Source: Cyanobacteriota bacterium (lineage in GTDB: Bacteria > Cyanobacteriota > Cyanobacteriia > PCC-6307 > Cyanobiaceae). From it: a DNA stretch of 64,000 nt. A program made the position numbers and the translations under genes. A model generated the notes under the pieces. It searched no databases. It saw only the letters and a program-made list of their open reading frames with translations, and was not told the origin of the DNA. The stretch lies in assembly GCA_965657465.1 (NCBI GenBank), contig CBFHOT010000003.1:1460-65459 (forward strand). Reading direction: 5' to 3'. Each line of letters begins with the position of its first letter. Positions within the stretch are counted from its first letter, which is position 1. Of this stretch, positions 41,908-50,661 are shown piece after piece.

Positions 41908-42927
41908 TCAGGGGTTGCCGAAGGCCACCTGGCAGGCCGCATTGAGCAGCTCCGCTTCGGCGGCGCTGTTGGGGCTGCGACCATCGAGGGTGCCGGCCCG
42001 GCAGTCGGCGCTCATCTGCACCTCGGCGCCGCCCGAGTCGATCGCGAAGCGCACCGACTGGTCGTTCACCGGCTGCACCGTGCCGTACAGCAGGTTGTAG
42101 GTGCTGTTCGGCACCACGATCGTGGTGCTCTGGGAGCTCACGGCGTTATCGACCGCCGCGTTGATGATCGCTGCGGTGGTGAGGGTGGTGATCCCCCAGG
42201 CGGCGGCGTTGGCTCCCCACCAGCCCCAGCTGGGCGAGGACCAACCGCCGTACCAGCCGTAGTTCCAGGGGCGGGCGTAGCCCCAGCCCGGACGGGCCCA
42301 GCCGGGATAGCGATCCCAGCGGTCATCCCAGCGCTTGTTGCGGTTGTGCCAGCGATCGTCGCGCCGGTTGTCGCGGTTGTCCCAGCGATCATCGCGGCGG
42401 TTGTCGCGGCTGTTCCAGCGGTCGTCGCGGCGATCCTGCCGGCTGTCGAAGCGGTCGTCGCGGTTCTTGTTGCGGCTGTCGTTGCGGTCACCCCTGCGGT
42501 TGTCCTTGCTGGTCTGGCGATTCCTGTCGTCGCGTTTGCCGCTGCGGTTATCGCTGCGGCTCTTGCTGCCGGGTCGATCCAGCGAGGGGCTGGATTTGCC
42601 GGAGCTCTTCTTGCTCCAGCCGCCCTGCGGTTGTTTCGAGCCCCGGTTGAGGCTGGAGCCGGAGTGCTTGAAGCCGCTGGAGCCGCGCGAGCCGCCACGA
42701 CTGCCACTGCTGCGACTGCCACCGCTGCGGCCACCGCCTCTGCTGCCGCCCCCGCCGCCCTTACGGGCCAGCAGCTCGCTGCTGCCGTCGCCGGAGGCCG
42801 CTGACTCCAGCTGTGCGGCCCTGCTGCTGACCGCCCCGTCCGGGCCGAAGGCCGCTGTCGCCGGCAGAGCCGGCAGGCTGATCAGGGCGGTGAGCAGCAG
42901 GGCGAGGCTGTGCTGTCGGTGGGCCAT
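41908..42927 (-). CDS. Exported low-complexity protein with 11-aa Asp/Arg/Trp repeats
   Basis: Signal peptide, Gly/Ser/Arg tract, repeat block, Trp/Gly/Tyr tract, small two-Cys C-terminal domain. Confidence 0.75.
   Translation of the reverse strand: MAHRQHSLALLLTALISLPALPATAAFGPDGAVSSRAAQLESAASGDGSSELLARKGGGGGSRGGGRSGGSRSSGSRGGSRGSSGFKHSGSSLNRGSKQPQGGWSKKSSGKSSPSLDRPGSKSRSDNRSGKRDDRNRQTSKDNRRGDRNDSRNKNRDDRFDSRQDRRDDRWNSRDNRRDDRWDNRDNRRDDRWHNRNKRWDDRWDRYPGWARPGWGYARPWNYGWYGGWSSPSWGWWGANAAAWGITTLTTAAIINAAVDNAVSSQSTTIVVPNSTYNLLYGTVQPVNDQSVRFAIDSGGAEVQMSADCRAGTLDGRSPNSAAEAELLNAACQVAFGNP
42307..42504 (-). repeat. Six degenerate 33-nt (11-aa) coding tandem repeats
   Basis: DNRRGDRNDSR / NKNRDDRFDSR / QDRRDDRWNSR / DNRRDDRWDNR / DNRRDDRWHNR / NKRWDDRWDRY. 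Confidence 0.85.
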
Positions 42928-43463
42928 CACTGCACCCCCTCGCAGGCCTCGTCGTAGCAGGTGAGGTTGATGCGCCCATCGGCATCGAATTTCACCCGCA
43001 CCAGATCGCGGCCGGCCGTGGACTCACTCTTGTCCTCCCGCACGCTGTTGAGGTAGTTGGCGTTCACCACACACAGATCGCGGCCGTTGAAGCAGATCGT
43101 GTTGGTGGAGAAGCGGGCGCCGGCGGAGCTCAGTCCCACCCAGCTTTTGGTGGTGGCGTCCCAGCGGGCCATGCGCACCGGCTTCTCGCTGATGCGGATC
43201 ACCTCCTCCTGTTTGCCGATCCGGTGGCGGTAGAGGGTGGCGTCGTCTTCATTGATCGCCTCCACCACGCAGGGTTGGGCAGGACCGCTCTGGAGGCTGC
43301 AGGTGGTTTCCAGCACGTAGAGCGATTCGCTGGCGGCGCGGGCCGGGCTGCCGGAGAGAAGCAGTGCAGCCGAAGCGGCGGTGGTGGCCGTGGCGATGGC
43401 AGCCGTGGTGTGGAGCAGGCGCAGTCGGCGCCAGGCCTGGAGAGGGGTCGCGGCGATGGGCAT
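42927..43463 (-). CDS. Hypothetical exported protein with six Cys
   Basis: Signal-like N-terminus ending ARA; stop overlaps start of downstream repeat protein. Confidence 0.75.
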   Translation of the reverse strand: MPIAATPLQAWRRLRLLHTTAAIATATTAASAALLLSGSPARAASESLYVLETTCSLQSGPAQPCVVEAINEDDATLYRHRIGKQEEVIRISEKPVRMARWDATTKSWVGLSSAGARFSTNTICFNGRDLCVVNANYLNSVREDKSESTAGRDLVRVKFDADGRINLTCYDEACEGVQ

Positions 43464-43625
43464 GGATCGAGGCGGAGGGCGTTGCAGGACGAGAGACAGA
43501 CCGCTGCCCGCCGTCCACGACGGGCACTACAAATCGTGGTGATCGCCTGGGGTGTTGTCTGCGCAGCACAGCAACACGTAACGGCCGAACCCGGGACCGC
43601 CGACCTCGCAACAGTGAATCGCTAT

Positions 43626-43680
43626 TGAGAATCGCTTGCAAAAGGGGGCGGGGCTTGTTTAGGTTGCGAGTCATTCGCAA
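43626..43680. promoter_or_regulatory. Two Fur-family-like operator boxes upstream of the Crp regulator
   Basis: TGAGAATCGCTTGCA (43626-43640) and near-palindrome TTGCGAGTCATTCGCAA (43664-43680). Confidence 0.55.
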
Positions 43681-43688
43681 CAGCCCCC

Positions 43689-44366
43689 TTGTCGTCTGTC
43701 GTCCTGGTGTCCCGTCCGGCGCTGCAGCCCCAGGCCGGTCGCTCGGCAGTCGCTCCCTCGCCCCTGGCTGCGGCTGCGGTGGATCGATCGCCGCGCGACG
43801 CCGGCCCCGCCGTGGCCCTGCCTGTGGGTCAGGTGGTGCTGCTCGATCCCTCCGGCCGCTTCGGTGGTCCCTGCATCGAGGTGCTCGAGGGCATGGCCCG
43901 CGTCTACTGCCCCTGCGAGGAGACCGAGGGCATGACCCTGGCCTTCCTGCAGCCGGGGGATCAGCTGCGCGGTGATCGCCTCTGCAGCGAGGGGGTCTGC
44001 GTCGAAGCCCTCACCCCCCTGCGCTTTCGCAGTCAGCCCCTGCCGGCTGAGGGCTCCGGCATGGATCCGGTGAATGAATGGACCCTGCAGCTGCTGCGCA
44101 TCCGCCATCTCGGCAGCGCCGAGCAGCGCCTGCATGCCCTGCTGGCTCTGCTGGTGCAGCGGATGGGGCGCCGCTGCGGCCCCTGGTGCGATCTCCCCTT
44201 CCGCCTCACCCACGAGCGGATCGGTGAGCTGATCGGCACCACCCGCGTCACCACCACCCGCCTGCTGTCGCGCATCCGCCGCGCTGAGCTGCTGCAGGTG
44301 CCGGCCGGCGAACCCGGCCTGCGCCTGGCGCCGGCTCTGGTGGAATCCGCCCCCCTGGCGGCCTGA
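43689..44366 (+). CDS. Crp/Fnr family transcriptional regulator (IdiB/NtcA-like recognition helix)
   Basis: LTHERIGELIGTTRVTTTRLL HTH; MTLAFLQPGD; several Cys in the N-domain; start uncertain. Confidence 0.9.
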   Translation: MSSVVLVSRPALQPQAGRSAVAPSPLAAAAVDRSPRDAGPAVALPVGQVVLLDPSGRFGGPCIEVLEGMARVYCPCEETEGMTLAFLQPGDQLRGDRLCSEGVCVEALTPLRFRSQPLPAEGSGMDPVNEWTLQLLRIRHLGSAEQRLHALLALLVQRMGRRCGPWCDLPFRLTHERIGELIGTTRVTTTRLLSRIRRAELLQVPAGEPGLRLAPALVESAPLAA

Positions 44367-44469
44367 GCGTTCGCGGGGTGCAGAGGCCCGTCGTTGCCGG
44401 GGCCTGGTTCCCCCTCTGGTTGTTCGTCTCTGTTTTCTCGCTTCTCCGTTTTCCCGTTTCTCTTCCGCC

Positions 44470-44637
44470 ATGGCCCAGCCCCTCGGCTCCAACGCCTTCG
44501 CTGCCGATCAGCCCAGCACCGCCGCCCCGGCCAACACCGCCACCAGCCGCGGCCCGGTGCAGGCCAAGAAGAAAGGCTGCAAGCAGCGCAAGTGCTCCCA
44601 TTGGAAGGGCGGCAAGTGCCGCTGCGGCCGGGATTGA
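44470..44637 (+). CDS. 55-aa basic Cys-rich small protein (not in ORF track)
   Basis: MAQPLGSNAFAADQPSTAAPANTATSRGPVQAKKKGCKQRKCSHWKGGKCRCGRD; G/C-ending codons; pyrimidine-rich leader. Confidence 0.72.
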   Translation: MAQPLGSNAFAADQPSTAAPANTATSRGPVQAKKKGCKQRKCSHWKGGKCRCGRD

Positions 44638-44695
44638 ACCCGCGGCCTGCCTGGCTGACGCCGCCTGGTGGCCCGCCGTTGCCCTGGGCGGCGCT

Positions 44696-46261
44696 TCAGC
44701 CCTGGCGCTCCAGGCTGGGAATCAAGGCCAGGGCCGCCGCCAGGCCGAACAGCATGATCAGCAGCGCCGGCCCCATCGCCGCCCCCACCCGCTCATCGCT
44801 GGCGTACTGGAACACCCGCACCGCCAGGGTGTCGAAATCAAAGGGCCGCAGCGCCAGGGTGATCGGCAGTTCCTTGACCACATCCACGAACACCAGCAGT
44901 GCCCCCACCAGCAGTGGACCGCGCAGCAGTGGCAGGTGGATGCGCCCCAGCACCGCCAGCCAGTTGCTGCCGAGGCTGGCGGCGGTTTCGTCGATGCTCG
45001 GGGGGATCCGCTCCAGGGCCGCATCCAGTCCCTGCTTGGACACCGCCATGAAGCGGTCGCCGTAGCCCCACACCAGCAGCAGCATCGGGCTGAGCAGCAG
45101 CGGACTACCGAACACCATCAACCCCAGGGCCAGCACGCTGCCGGGGATGGCGTAGCCCAGGCCCGCCAGGAAGCTGAGCTGCTGCACCAGCGGTTGCGGG
45201 CTCCAGCGGCGGCAGATCGCCAGCAGCAGGGCGCCGCTGCAGGTCACCAGGGTGGCCAGCAGGGCCAGCATCAGGCTGCGGCCCGCCAGTGGCGCCAGAT
45301 CCTCCAGCGCCAGGGCCTCCAGTCCCTCCCAGCCCTGCTGCACCCACAGCACCGGGATGGCCAGGGCCAGTAGCGGCGGCAGCGCCGTCACCAGCTGGGC
45401 GGCCAGGGCCCGCCAGCCCTTGAGCTCCCAGGCCTGCTGGTGTTCGCCGGCCCCGCCGAGGTTCCAGCGCCGACTGCGGCTGCGCAGCCGCCGCTCCACG
45501 GCAATCAGCAGCGCCACCAGCGCCAGGGCCACCAGGGAGAGCAATGCTGCGCCGCGGGGATTGCCCTGCACCTGCCAGAGATCGAGGATCCCGGCCGAGA
45601 GGCTCGGCACCCCCAGCAGCCGCACCGCCCCCAGCTCGTTCACCACCTCCATGGCGCTGAGGGCCACGCCGGCCCCGATCGAGGGCAGGGCGATCGGCAG
45701 GGCCACCCGGAAGAAGCCGGCCCAGGGGCCCACCCCCAGGCTGCGGCTGGCCTCCAGCAGCCGCCGGCCGCTCATGGCAAAGCTTTCGGTGCTCAGCAGG
45801 AACACATAGGTGTAGTTGGCCAGGGTGAGCACGGTGATGGCCCAGCCGAGGCCGTGGATGTGCAGGCTCCGGCGACTGCCCCAGTCGATCAGGCTGGCCG
45901 CCAGCAGGTAGGAGGGGATCGCCAGGGGGATCAGCTGGGCGATGCGCAGCAGCCGGCGGCCCGGGAAGCGGCAGGCGGCGGTGAGCCAGCCGTTGGCGGT
46001 GCCGATCAGGGCCCCCAGCAGGCCCTCTCCGATCACCAGCAGCAGTGTGCCGCGGATCTGCTCGAGGCCATCGCTGCCGAGGGAGGGGCCGTCGCTGGCC
46101 GGGCCCAGCAGGGCGTCAGCCGCCAGGGCCAGCAGCGGCCACAGGGCCAGCAGGCTGATGACCACCACCACCAGCACCAGCCAGCTCCGGCCTGGGCGCC
46201 AGCTGGGCCAGGTGAGGGTTGGCAGGGGCGACGGGGCCGGGGATCGCAAGGGCTGCACCAA
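44696..46261 (-). CDS. futB: Fe(III) ABC transporter permease
   Basis: Two EAA-loop halves (LLEASRSLG, IDETAASLG), FVDVVKELP, LRPFDFDTLAV. Confidence 0.92.
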   Translation of the reverse strand: MVQPLRSPAPSPLPTLTWPSWRPGRSWLVLVVVVISLLALWPLLALAADALLGPASDGPSLGSDGLEQIRGTLLLVIGEGLLGALIGTANGWLTAACRFPGRRLLRIAQLIPLAIPSYLLAASLIDWGSRRSLHIHGLGWAITVLTLANYTYVFLLSTESFAMSGRRLLEASRSLGVGPWAGFFRVALPIALPSIGAGVALSAMEVVNELGAVRLLGVPSLSAGILDLWQVQGNPRGAALLSLVALALVALLIAVERRLRSRSRRWNLGGAGEHQQAWELKGWRALAAQLVTALPPLLALAIPVLWVQQGWEGLEALALEDLAPLAGRSLMLALLATLVTCSGALLLAICRRWSPQPLVQQLSFLAGLGYAIPGSVLALGLMVFGSPLLLSPMLLLVWGYGDRFMAVSKQGLDAALERIPPSIDETAASLGSNWLAVLGRIHLPLLRGPLLVGALLVFVDVVKELPITLALRPFDFDTLAVRVFQYASDERVGAAMGPALLIMLFGLAAALALIPSLERQG

Positions 46262-46348
46262 GGGCTGGGCCGGCCTGGCGGAGGGCCGGGGGACGCGGCC
46301 GCCGCGAGACGGCCGAGGGGGATCGCGGCCGGTGGCTCCGGCCGGGGC

Positions 46349-47401
46349 TTACTTCCAGCCGTTGGCAGCCATCAGGGCCACGGCCGCCTTGTTTTTATCA
46401 CCCAGCTGGGCCGCCGAGACCCCATCCGGGCGGAAGTCGCCGAAGCGGCGCAGGATCGGGTTGTTGCCGTAGCCCTTGAGCGGATATTCCAGGCTGCCCT
46501 GGGCGAAGCCCTCGGCGGCGGTGGGCGAGGTGAGGTATTCGATCAGCGCCACGGCTTCGGCGCGGTTGCTGGCATGGCGGGTGACGCCGGCCCCACTCAC
46601 GTTGACGTGGGCCGGGTTGGGATAGCGGATCTGGATGCGCGAGGCCAGGGCCTTGTCGGCGGCGCCCGACTGGCCGGCCAGCATCCGCGCCACGTAATAG
46701 CTGTTCACCACCCCCACGCCGCACTGGCCCTGGGCCACGGCGCGGGCCAGGGTCATGTCACTGGTGAACACCGGTCGGCCGAGGTTGGCCACCATCCCTT
46801 TCACCCAGCTGGCGGCGGCGGCATCGCCGCGCAGCACCATCTGGTCGGCCACCAGCGACTGGTTGTAGACGTTGGCGCGGTTGCGCAGGCAGAGCTTGCC
46901 CTTCAGCTCGGGCTTGGCCAGATCGGCGTAGGTGTTGATCAGCCCGGGCTTCACCAGCTTCGGGTTGATCGCCAGCGCTCGCACGCGGCGGGTGAGGCCG
47001 AACCAGCGGCCCTTGGGATCGCGCAGGCTGAGGGGCACATCACGCATCAGTGCGGCCGAGCGCACCGGTTGGAACAGGCCGGCCTCGGTGGCCTGATCGA
47101 GGCGGGCGGCATCCACCAGGACCAGCACATCGGCGGAGCTGTTCTTGCCCTCCCGCTGCAGGCGCTCCACGATCGCGGCGTCGTTGGATTCGAGCAGCCG
47201 CACCTTGATGCCGGTGGCCTTCTCGAACTGCTTGTAGATGGCGTTGTCGCTGTTGTAGTGGCGGCCGGAATAGACGCGCACCTCGCGGGTTTCTGCCGCT
47301 CCTGCAGCCAGCAGGGTGAGGCTGCTGCTGAGGCCGATCAGGCCAACGCCCAGCAGGCGGCGCAGGACAGGCTTGCGGCGTGGCTCTGGGCTGAAGCGCA
47401 T
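46349..47401 (-). CDS. futA: Fe(III) ABC transporter substrate-binding protein (FutA/IdiA)
   Basis: YSGRHY, VDAARL, FGLTRR, NVYNQSL, VNSYY iron ligands; RR-containing signal. Confidence 0.93.
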   Translation of the reverse strand: MRFSPEPRRKPVLRRLLGVGLIGLSSSLTLLAAGAAETREVRVYSGRHYNSDNAIYKQFEKATGIKVRLLESNDAAIVERLQREGKNSSADVLVLVDAARLDQATEAGLFQPVRSAALMRDVPLSLRDPKGRWFGLTRRVRALAINPKLVKPGLINTYADLAKPELKGKLCLRNRANVYNQSLVADQMVLRGDAAAASWVKGMVANLGRPVFTSDMTLARAVAQGQCGVGVVNSYYVARMLAGQSGAADKALASRIQIRYPNPAHVNVSGAGVTRHASNRAEAVALIEYLTSPTAAEGFAQGSLEYPLKGYGNNPILRRFGDFRPDGVSAAQLGDKNKAAVALMAANGWK

Positions 47402-47538
47402 GGCGGCGGCTCCGGGGCGGTCGATGGTGGGCGGGGTGGATGCGGCTGCGGCCAGCCGGCGCGGCAGCGGGCATCCCTGGCTGCGCAGCAAGCTATCGAG
47501 CGCCCCGAACGGCGAGCGCCTCATCGGCCGCATCGGCG

Positions 47539-47554
47539 TGTAGCAAATGTCACC
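47539..47554 (-). promoter_or_regulatory. CRP-type site upstream of futA
   Basis: GGTGA-CATTTG-CTACA on minus strand; TAGCTT -10-like hexamer at 47495-47490. Confidence 0.5.
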
Positions 47555-47590
47555 TCGGCCGGGCCTGGGGCTGGTGCAGGCCGCCGCAGC

Positions 47591-48286
47591 ATGGCGTTGA
47601 CCCCCGATCTGCCAGCGATGCACGTTCAGCTCGATGGGGTGCTGGCGGCCGAGCCGCTGCGGCAGCTGCAGCAGCAGCTGGCCGCCTTGCCCGAGGCGTC
47701 CTGGTTCCCCGGGGCGGAGACCGCCGGCGCCTATGCCGCCGCCGTCAAGAGCAACCGGCAGCTCGATCTGCAGACCCCCGGCGCGGCTGCCCTGGTGGAG
47801 CAGGTGCATGCCGCGCTGCAGGCCCATCCCCTGTTCCGCCCCGTGGCGATGCCGGTGCGCCTGCACAGCCTGCTGTTCAGCCGCAGCGGCGTGGGCCAGG
47901 GCTACGGGCGCCATGTGGACAACCCCTTCATGCCCGGGGGGCGCACCGATCTTTCCTTCACCCTCGCCCTCAGCGAGCCGGACAGCTACGGCGGCGGTGA
48001 GCTGGTGCTGGAGCTGCCCCACGGCGAGGAGGTGATCAAGTTGCCGGCCGGCGCGGCGATCCTTTACCCCAGCAGCTACCTGCACCGGGTGGAGCCGGTG
48101 ACGGCTGGCGAGCGGCTGGTGGTGGTGGGTTGGGTGCAGAGCGCCGTGCGCGCGATCGAGCAGCGTGAGCTGCTGTTTGAGCTGGAAACGGCCTGTCGAT
48201 CCCTGGCGGCCGCCCATGGCCGCAGCGATGCCCTGGATCTGCTCTATCGCTGCCAGGCCAACCTGCTGCGGATGTGGGGTGGGTGA
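47591..48286 (+). CDS. Fe(II)/2-oxoglutarate-dependent dioxygenase (PKHD-type hydroxylase, PiuC/YbiX-like)
   Basis: VKSNRQ, YGRHVDN, RTDLSFT, YGGGEL, LHRVEPVT.GER, GWVQS. Confidence 0.92.
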   Translation: MALTPDLPAMHVQLDGVLAAEPLRQLQQQLAALPEASWFPGAETAGAYAAAVKSNRQLDLQTPGAAALVEQVHAALQAHPLFRPVAMPVRLHSLLFSRSGVGQGYGRHVDNPFMPGGRTDLSFTLALSEPDSYGGGELVLELPHGEEVIKLPAGAAILYPSSYLHRVEPVTAGERLVVVGWVQSAVRAIEQRELLFELETACRSLAAAHGRSDALDLLYRCQANLLRMWGG

Positions 48287-48352
48287 TGCGGCGCTGCTCG
48301 GCGGCTGGGTGAGGCTTGGATAAGGGCTGGCTGCTGCATCGGTGCTCATCGA

Positions 48353-48370
48353 TTGTGACTCAGGTCACAA
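48353..48370. promoter_or_regulatory. Perfect CRP-consensus site
   Basis: TTGTGAC-TCAG-GTCACAA palindrome = TGTGA-N6-TCACA; TAGGCT -10-like at 48442-48447. Confidence 0.7.
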
Positions 48371-48470
48371 CTCCTCGTGCTCTTGCGTTGGCTGCGGCTG
48401 GTTGTCATCAACCGCTGCGATTGTGGCCTTCTGAGGCTGTTTAGGCTGCACGATGATCTGTCTTCTCACC

Positions 48471-48812
48471 ATGTCGAATCCGGGAGATCTCAAGCGCAGC
48501 CAGCAGCGCCTCCGCCAGCAGCGCACCGGTGTGGCCCTGCTGCTGGCCACCGCCGGGGTGATGGCGGCGGCGCCGGTGTCGGCTTCGCCCTTGATGCAGG
48601 CTGCTCTGGAGGGATCCGCCGCCGCCGGAGCGCGGCTCGATGCGGCGGCGTTGGCTCAGGCCAGCGATTGCATTCCGATCGGCGAGGGCGAGAACTGTGA
48701 GCGCCAGAGTCTGGAGCAGCGCCGCCGCCAGCGCACGGCTGCTCCCACTGCGGATCCCTCCAGCTCTGAATCGACTCCCGCTGCGGCTGATGGTGCCGCT
48801 CCCATGAACTGA
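48471..48812 (+). CDS. Hypothetical exported small protein with C-x9-C motif
   Basis: Basic N-terminus, hydrophobic stretch, VSA site, DCIPIGEGENC core. Confidence 0.6.
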   Translation: MSNPGDLKRSQQRLRQQRTGVALLLATAGVMAAAPVSASPLMQAALEGSAAAGARLDAAALAQASDCIPIGEGENCERQSLEQRRRQRTAAPTADPSSSESTPAAADGAAPMN

Positions 48813-48845
48813 AGCCCCAGAATCGGAGATATCGAAGAGATATCG

Positions 48846-48881
48846 AAAAAAGCCCTGCAGAGATCATCCCTCTGCAGGGCT
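48846..48881 (-). terminator. Rho-independent terminator of the porin gene
   Basis: gccctgcagag/ctctgcagggc stem followed by T6 on minus strand. Confidence 0.85.
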
Positions 48882-48933
48882 ATTCTGTCGTCAGTGCCGA
48901 TGGCGCTGAATCGGCGGCTGCAGCCGCCAGCGA

Positions 48934-50556
48934 TCAGAACCGGAAGGTGCTCTTGAGCAGGTAGCCGATCGTGCCGAAATCGCCAGAGGTGGCATTGCCG
49001 AGTGGATTGCTCAGATAGAACACCGCCGGCGTCACGGTGATGTTGTCGCTCACCTGCATCTTGTACCAGAGCTCCACCGCCAGGCCGAAGTCGTTGTTGC
49101 TCTGATCCCCCTGGCTCACCCACTGGGGACCGCTGACGCCCAGGCCCAGGGTGTTGCCCACCTTGCCGAGGTCATCCCATTCCATGCCCACCAGCCACTC
49201 CATCGTCTGGTCGCGGCCGCTGGTGTCGCCATCGCTGAACCAGTTGACGCCGTAGCCCAGGCTGATCGAGGGGATCCAGCCGGCTTCCTTCGGTTGCCAG
49301 AAGGCATTGATCGCCCAGGAATTGGCCTCCTGATCCACCCCCACCGCCTTGCCGCCGTAGTAAGTGCCCTTGCCCATCGTGGCGCCGGCGGAGCTCCAGG
49401 CATAGGCGGTGGACACCTGCCACTGGCTGCTGCCGTAGGCCAGTTGGGTGATGAACTTCGACTTGCTGCCTTCGCTGAACAGACCTTCGCTGCCGTAGTC
49501 AGGGTCGCTGCCGGAGTTAGCCCCGTTCTGGGCCACGTAGTTGCTGCTCACGCTGAAGCGGTTGCCGTTGCCGTCGGCCTTGGTGCGCCACCAGGCGCCG
49601 AAGCCCTGGCCGGTGGAGTTGCCGTAGACACCCGAGGCCCCGCGCCCCTTGAACTCCTTGAGGATGAAATTGCCGTTGCCGTAGAGGGTGGGCTGGCTGG
49701 CGAGCATGTAGTAGCCCTCGATCCGCGGGCCCACGAAGATCATCCCGTCGCTGCCCTTGCCGCCCACCGGGAACTGGTACCAAAGCTTGTCCACCTTCAG
49801 CACATCGCCGTTGGTGTTGGCGTCCTCCAGTTGGGTGAGGCCGATCGGATCACCGGAGAAGTTGCCGCTGAAGTTGCCCGTGCGCAGGCGGGTGTAGAGC
49901 AGATCCCGGCCGGTGAAGCTGGTGTCCAGATCCAGGGTGAGCCGGTAGTTGAAGGTCACCTGCTCCTGCTTGCTCTTCTCCGCCAGGGCGGGGCTGCGGC
50001 GGAAGTTGCGGTCCACATCGCCGGTGTAGCTGGTGCCACCGATGATCATGTCGGCCTTGCCGCGCAGCTTGGTGGTGGTGGAGAACTGCTGCGATTCCAG
50101 TTCACCCACCCTGGCCTCCAGGCCATCCACGCGGCCCTTGAGCACAGCCAGTTCCTTCTCGAACTCAGCCATCAGGCGCTTGAGCTCGTCGGTGACCTCG
50201 GTGACGCGATCGAGGCAGGCGTTGAGCAGAGCCGCCGCTTCATAGCGGCTCAGGGGCCGGCCGCCGCGGAAGCTGCCGTCGGGGTAGCCGGCCACACAGC
50301 CGTAGCGCTCGATCAGGTTGCTGAGCGCCTGGTAGGCCCAGTCGCTGGGCTGCACGTCCTGAAACTGACTGACGCTGGTCACCTGGTGCTGCGCTTCCCA
50401 GGCGCGGAAGCGGTCGATGTCCTGCTGGTCCATGTAGCTGCTGATCGCCGCAGCACTGGTCTGCGTCTCGGTGTTCAGCGTTTCGGCTGCAGCGGCCAGG
50501 GGCGCCAGCAGGCCGCCGCCGGCCAGGGCCAGCAGCATCAGGCGGATCGGTTGCAT
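48934..50556 (-). CDS. som: Cyanobacterial porin (Som-type / iron uptake porin, SLH plus OprB-like barrel)
   Basis: DVQPSDWAYQALSNLIERYGCVAGYP SLH, coiled coil, QFSTTTKL, terminal Phe. Confidence 0.94.
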   Translation of the reverse strand: MQPIRLMLLALAGGGLLAPLAAAAETLNTETQTSAAAISSYMDQQDIDRFRAWEAQHQVTSVSQFQDVQPSDWAYQALSNLIERYGCVAGYPDGSFRGGRPLSRYEAAALLNACLDRVTEVTDELKRLMAEFEKELAVLKGRVDGLEARVGELESQQFSTTTKLRGKADMIIGGTSYTGDVDRNFRRSPALAEKSKQEQVTFNYRLTLDLDTSFTGRDLLYTRLRTGNFSGNFSGDPIGLTQLEDANTNGDVLKVDKLWYQFPVGGKGSDGMIFVGPRIEGYYMLASQPTLYGNGNFILKEFKGRGASGVYGNSTGQGFGAWWRTKADGNGNRFSVSSNYVAQNGANSGSDPDYGSEGLFSEGSKSKFITQLAYGSSQWQVSTAYAWSSAGATMGKGTYYGGKAVGVDQEANSWAINAFWQPKEAGWIPSISLGYGVNWFSDGDTSGRDQTMEWLVGMEWDDLGKVGNTLGLGVSGPQWVSQGDQSNNDFGLAVELWYKMQVSDNITVTPAVFYLSNPLGNATSGDFGTIGYLLKSTFRF

Positions 50557-50560
50557 CGGG

Positions 50561-50569
50561 TCCTCACAC
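50561..50569 (-). promoter_or_regulatory. Putative Yfr1 sRNA target site at porin ribosome-binding region
   Basis: GTGTGAGGA 4 nt before the ATG, complementary to 9 nt of the Yfr1 motif ACUCCUCACAC. Confidence 0.6.
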
Positions 50570-50633
50570 GGTCAGAGCCGCGGGCGCGAGGCGCCGCCGC
50601 GGCGTGGCCTCCGGTCTACGGCACTTGCCTGCT

Positions 50634-50660
50634 AAAAAGCCCCCGCCGGGTGACGGGGGC
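50634..50660 (-). terminator. Rho-independent terminator upstream of the porin gene
   Basis: gcccccg/cgggggc stem followed by T5 on minus strand. Confidence 0.8.
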
Positions 50661-50661
50661 G

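Noticed and set aside
42307-42504. CRISPR-like periodicity
   Set aside because: 33-nt units are contiguous, in frame and degenerate at the codon level; no spacers or cas genes.
45440-47590. 948-aa ORF suggesting a long extension of the PKHD hydroxylase
   Set aside because: Antisense shadow of futB/futA in high-GC DNA; the real gene starts at 47591 or 47618.
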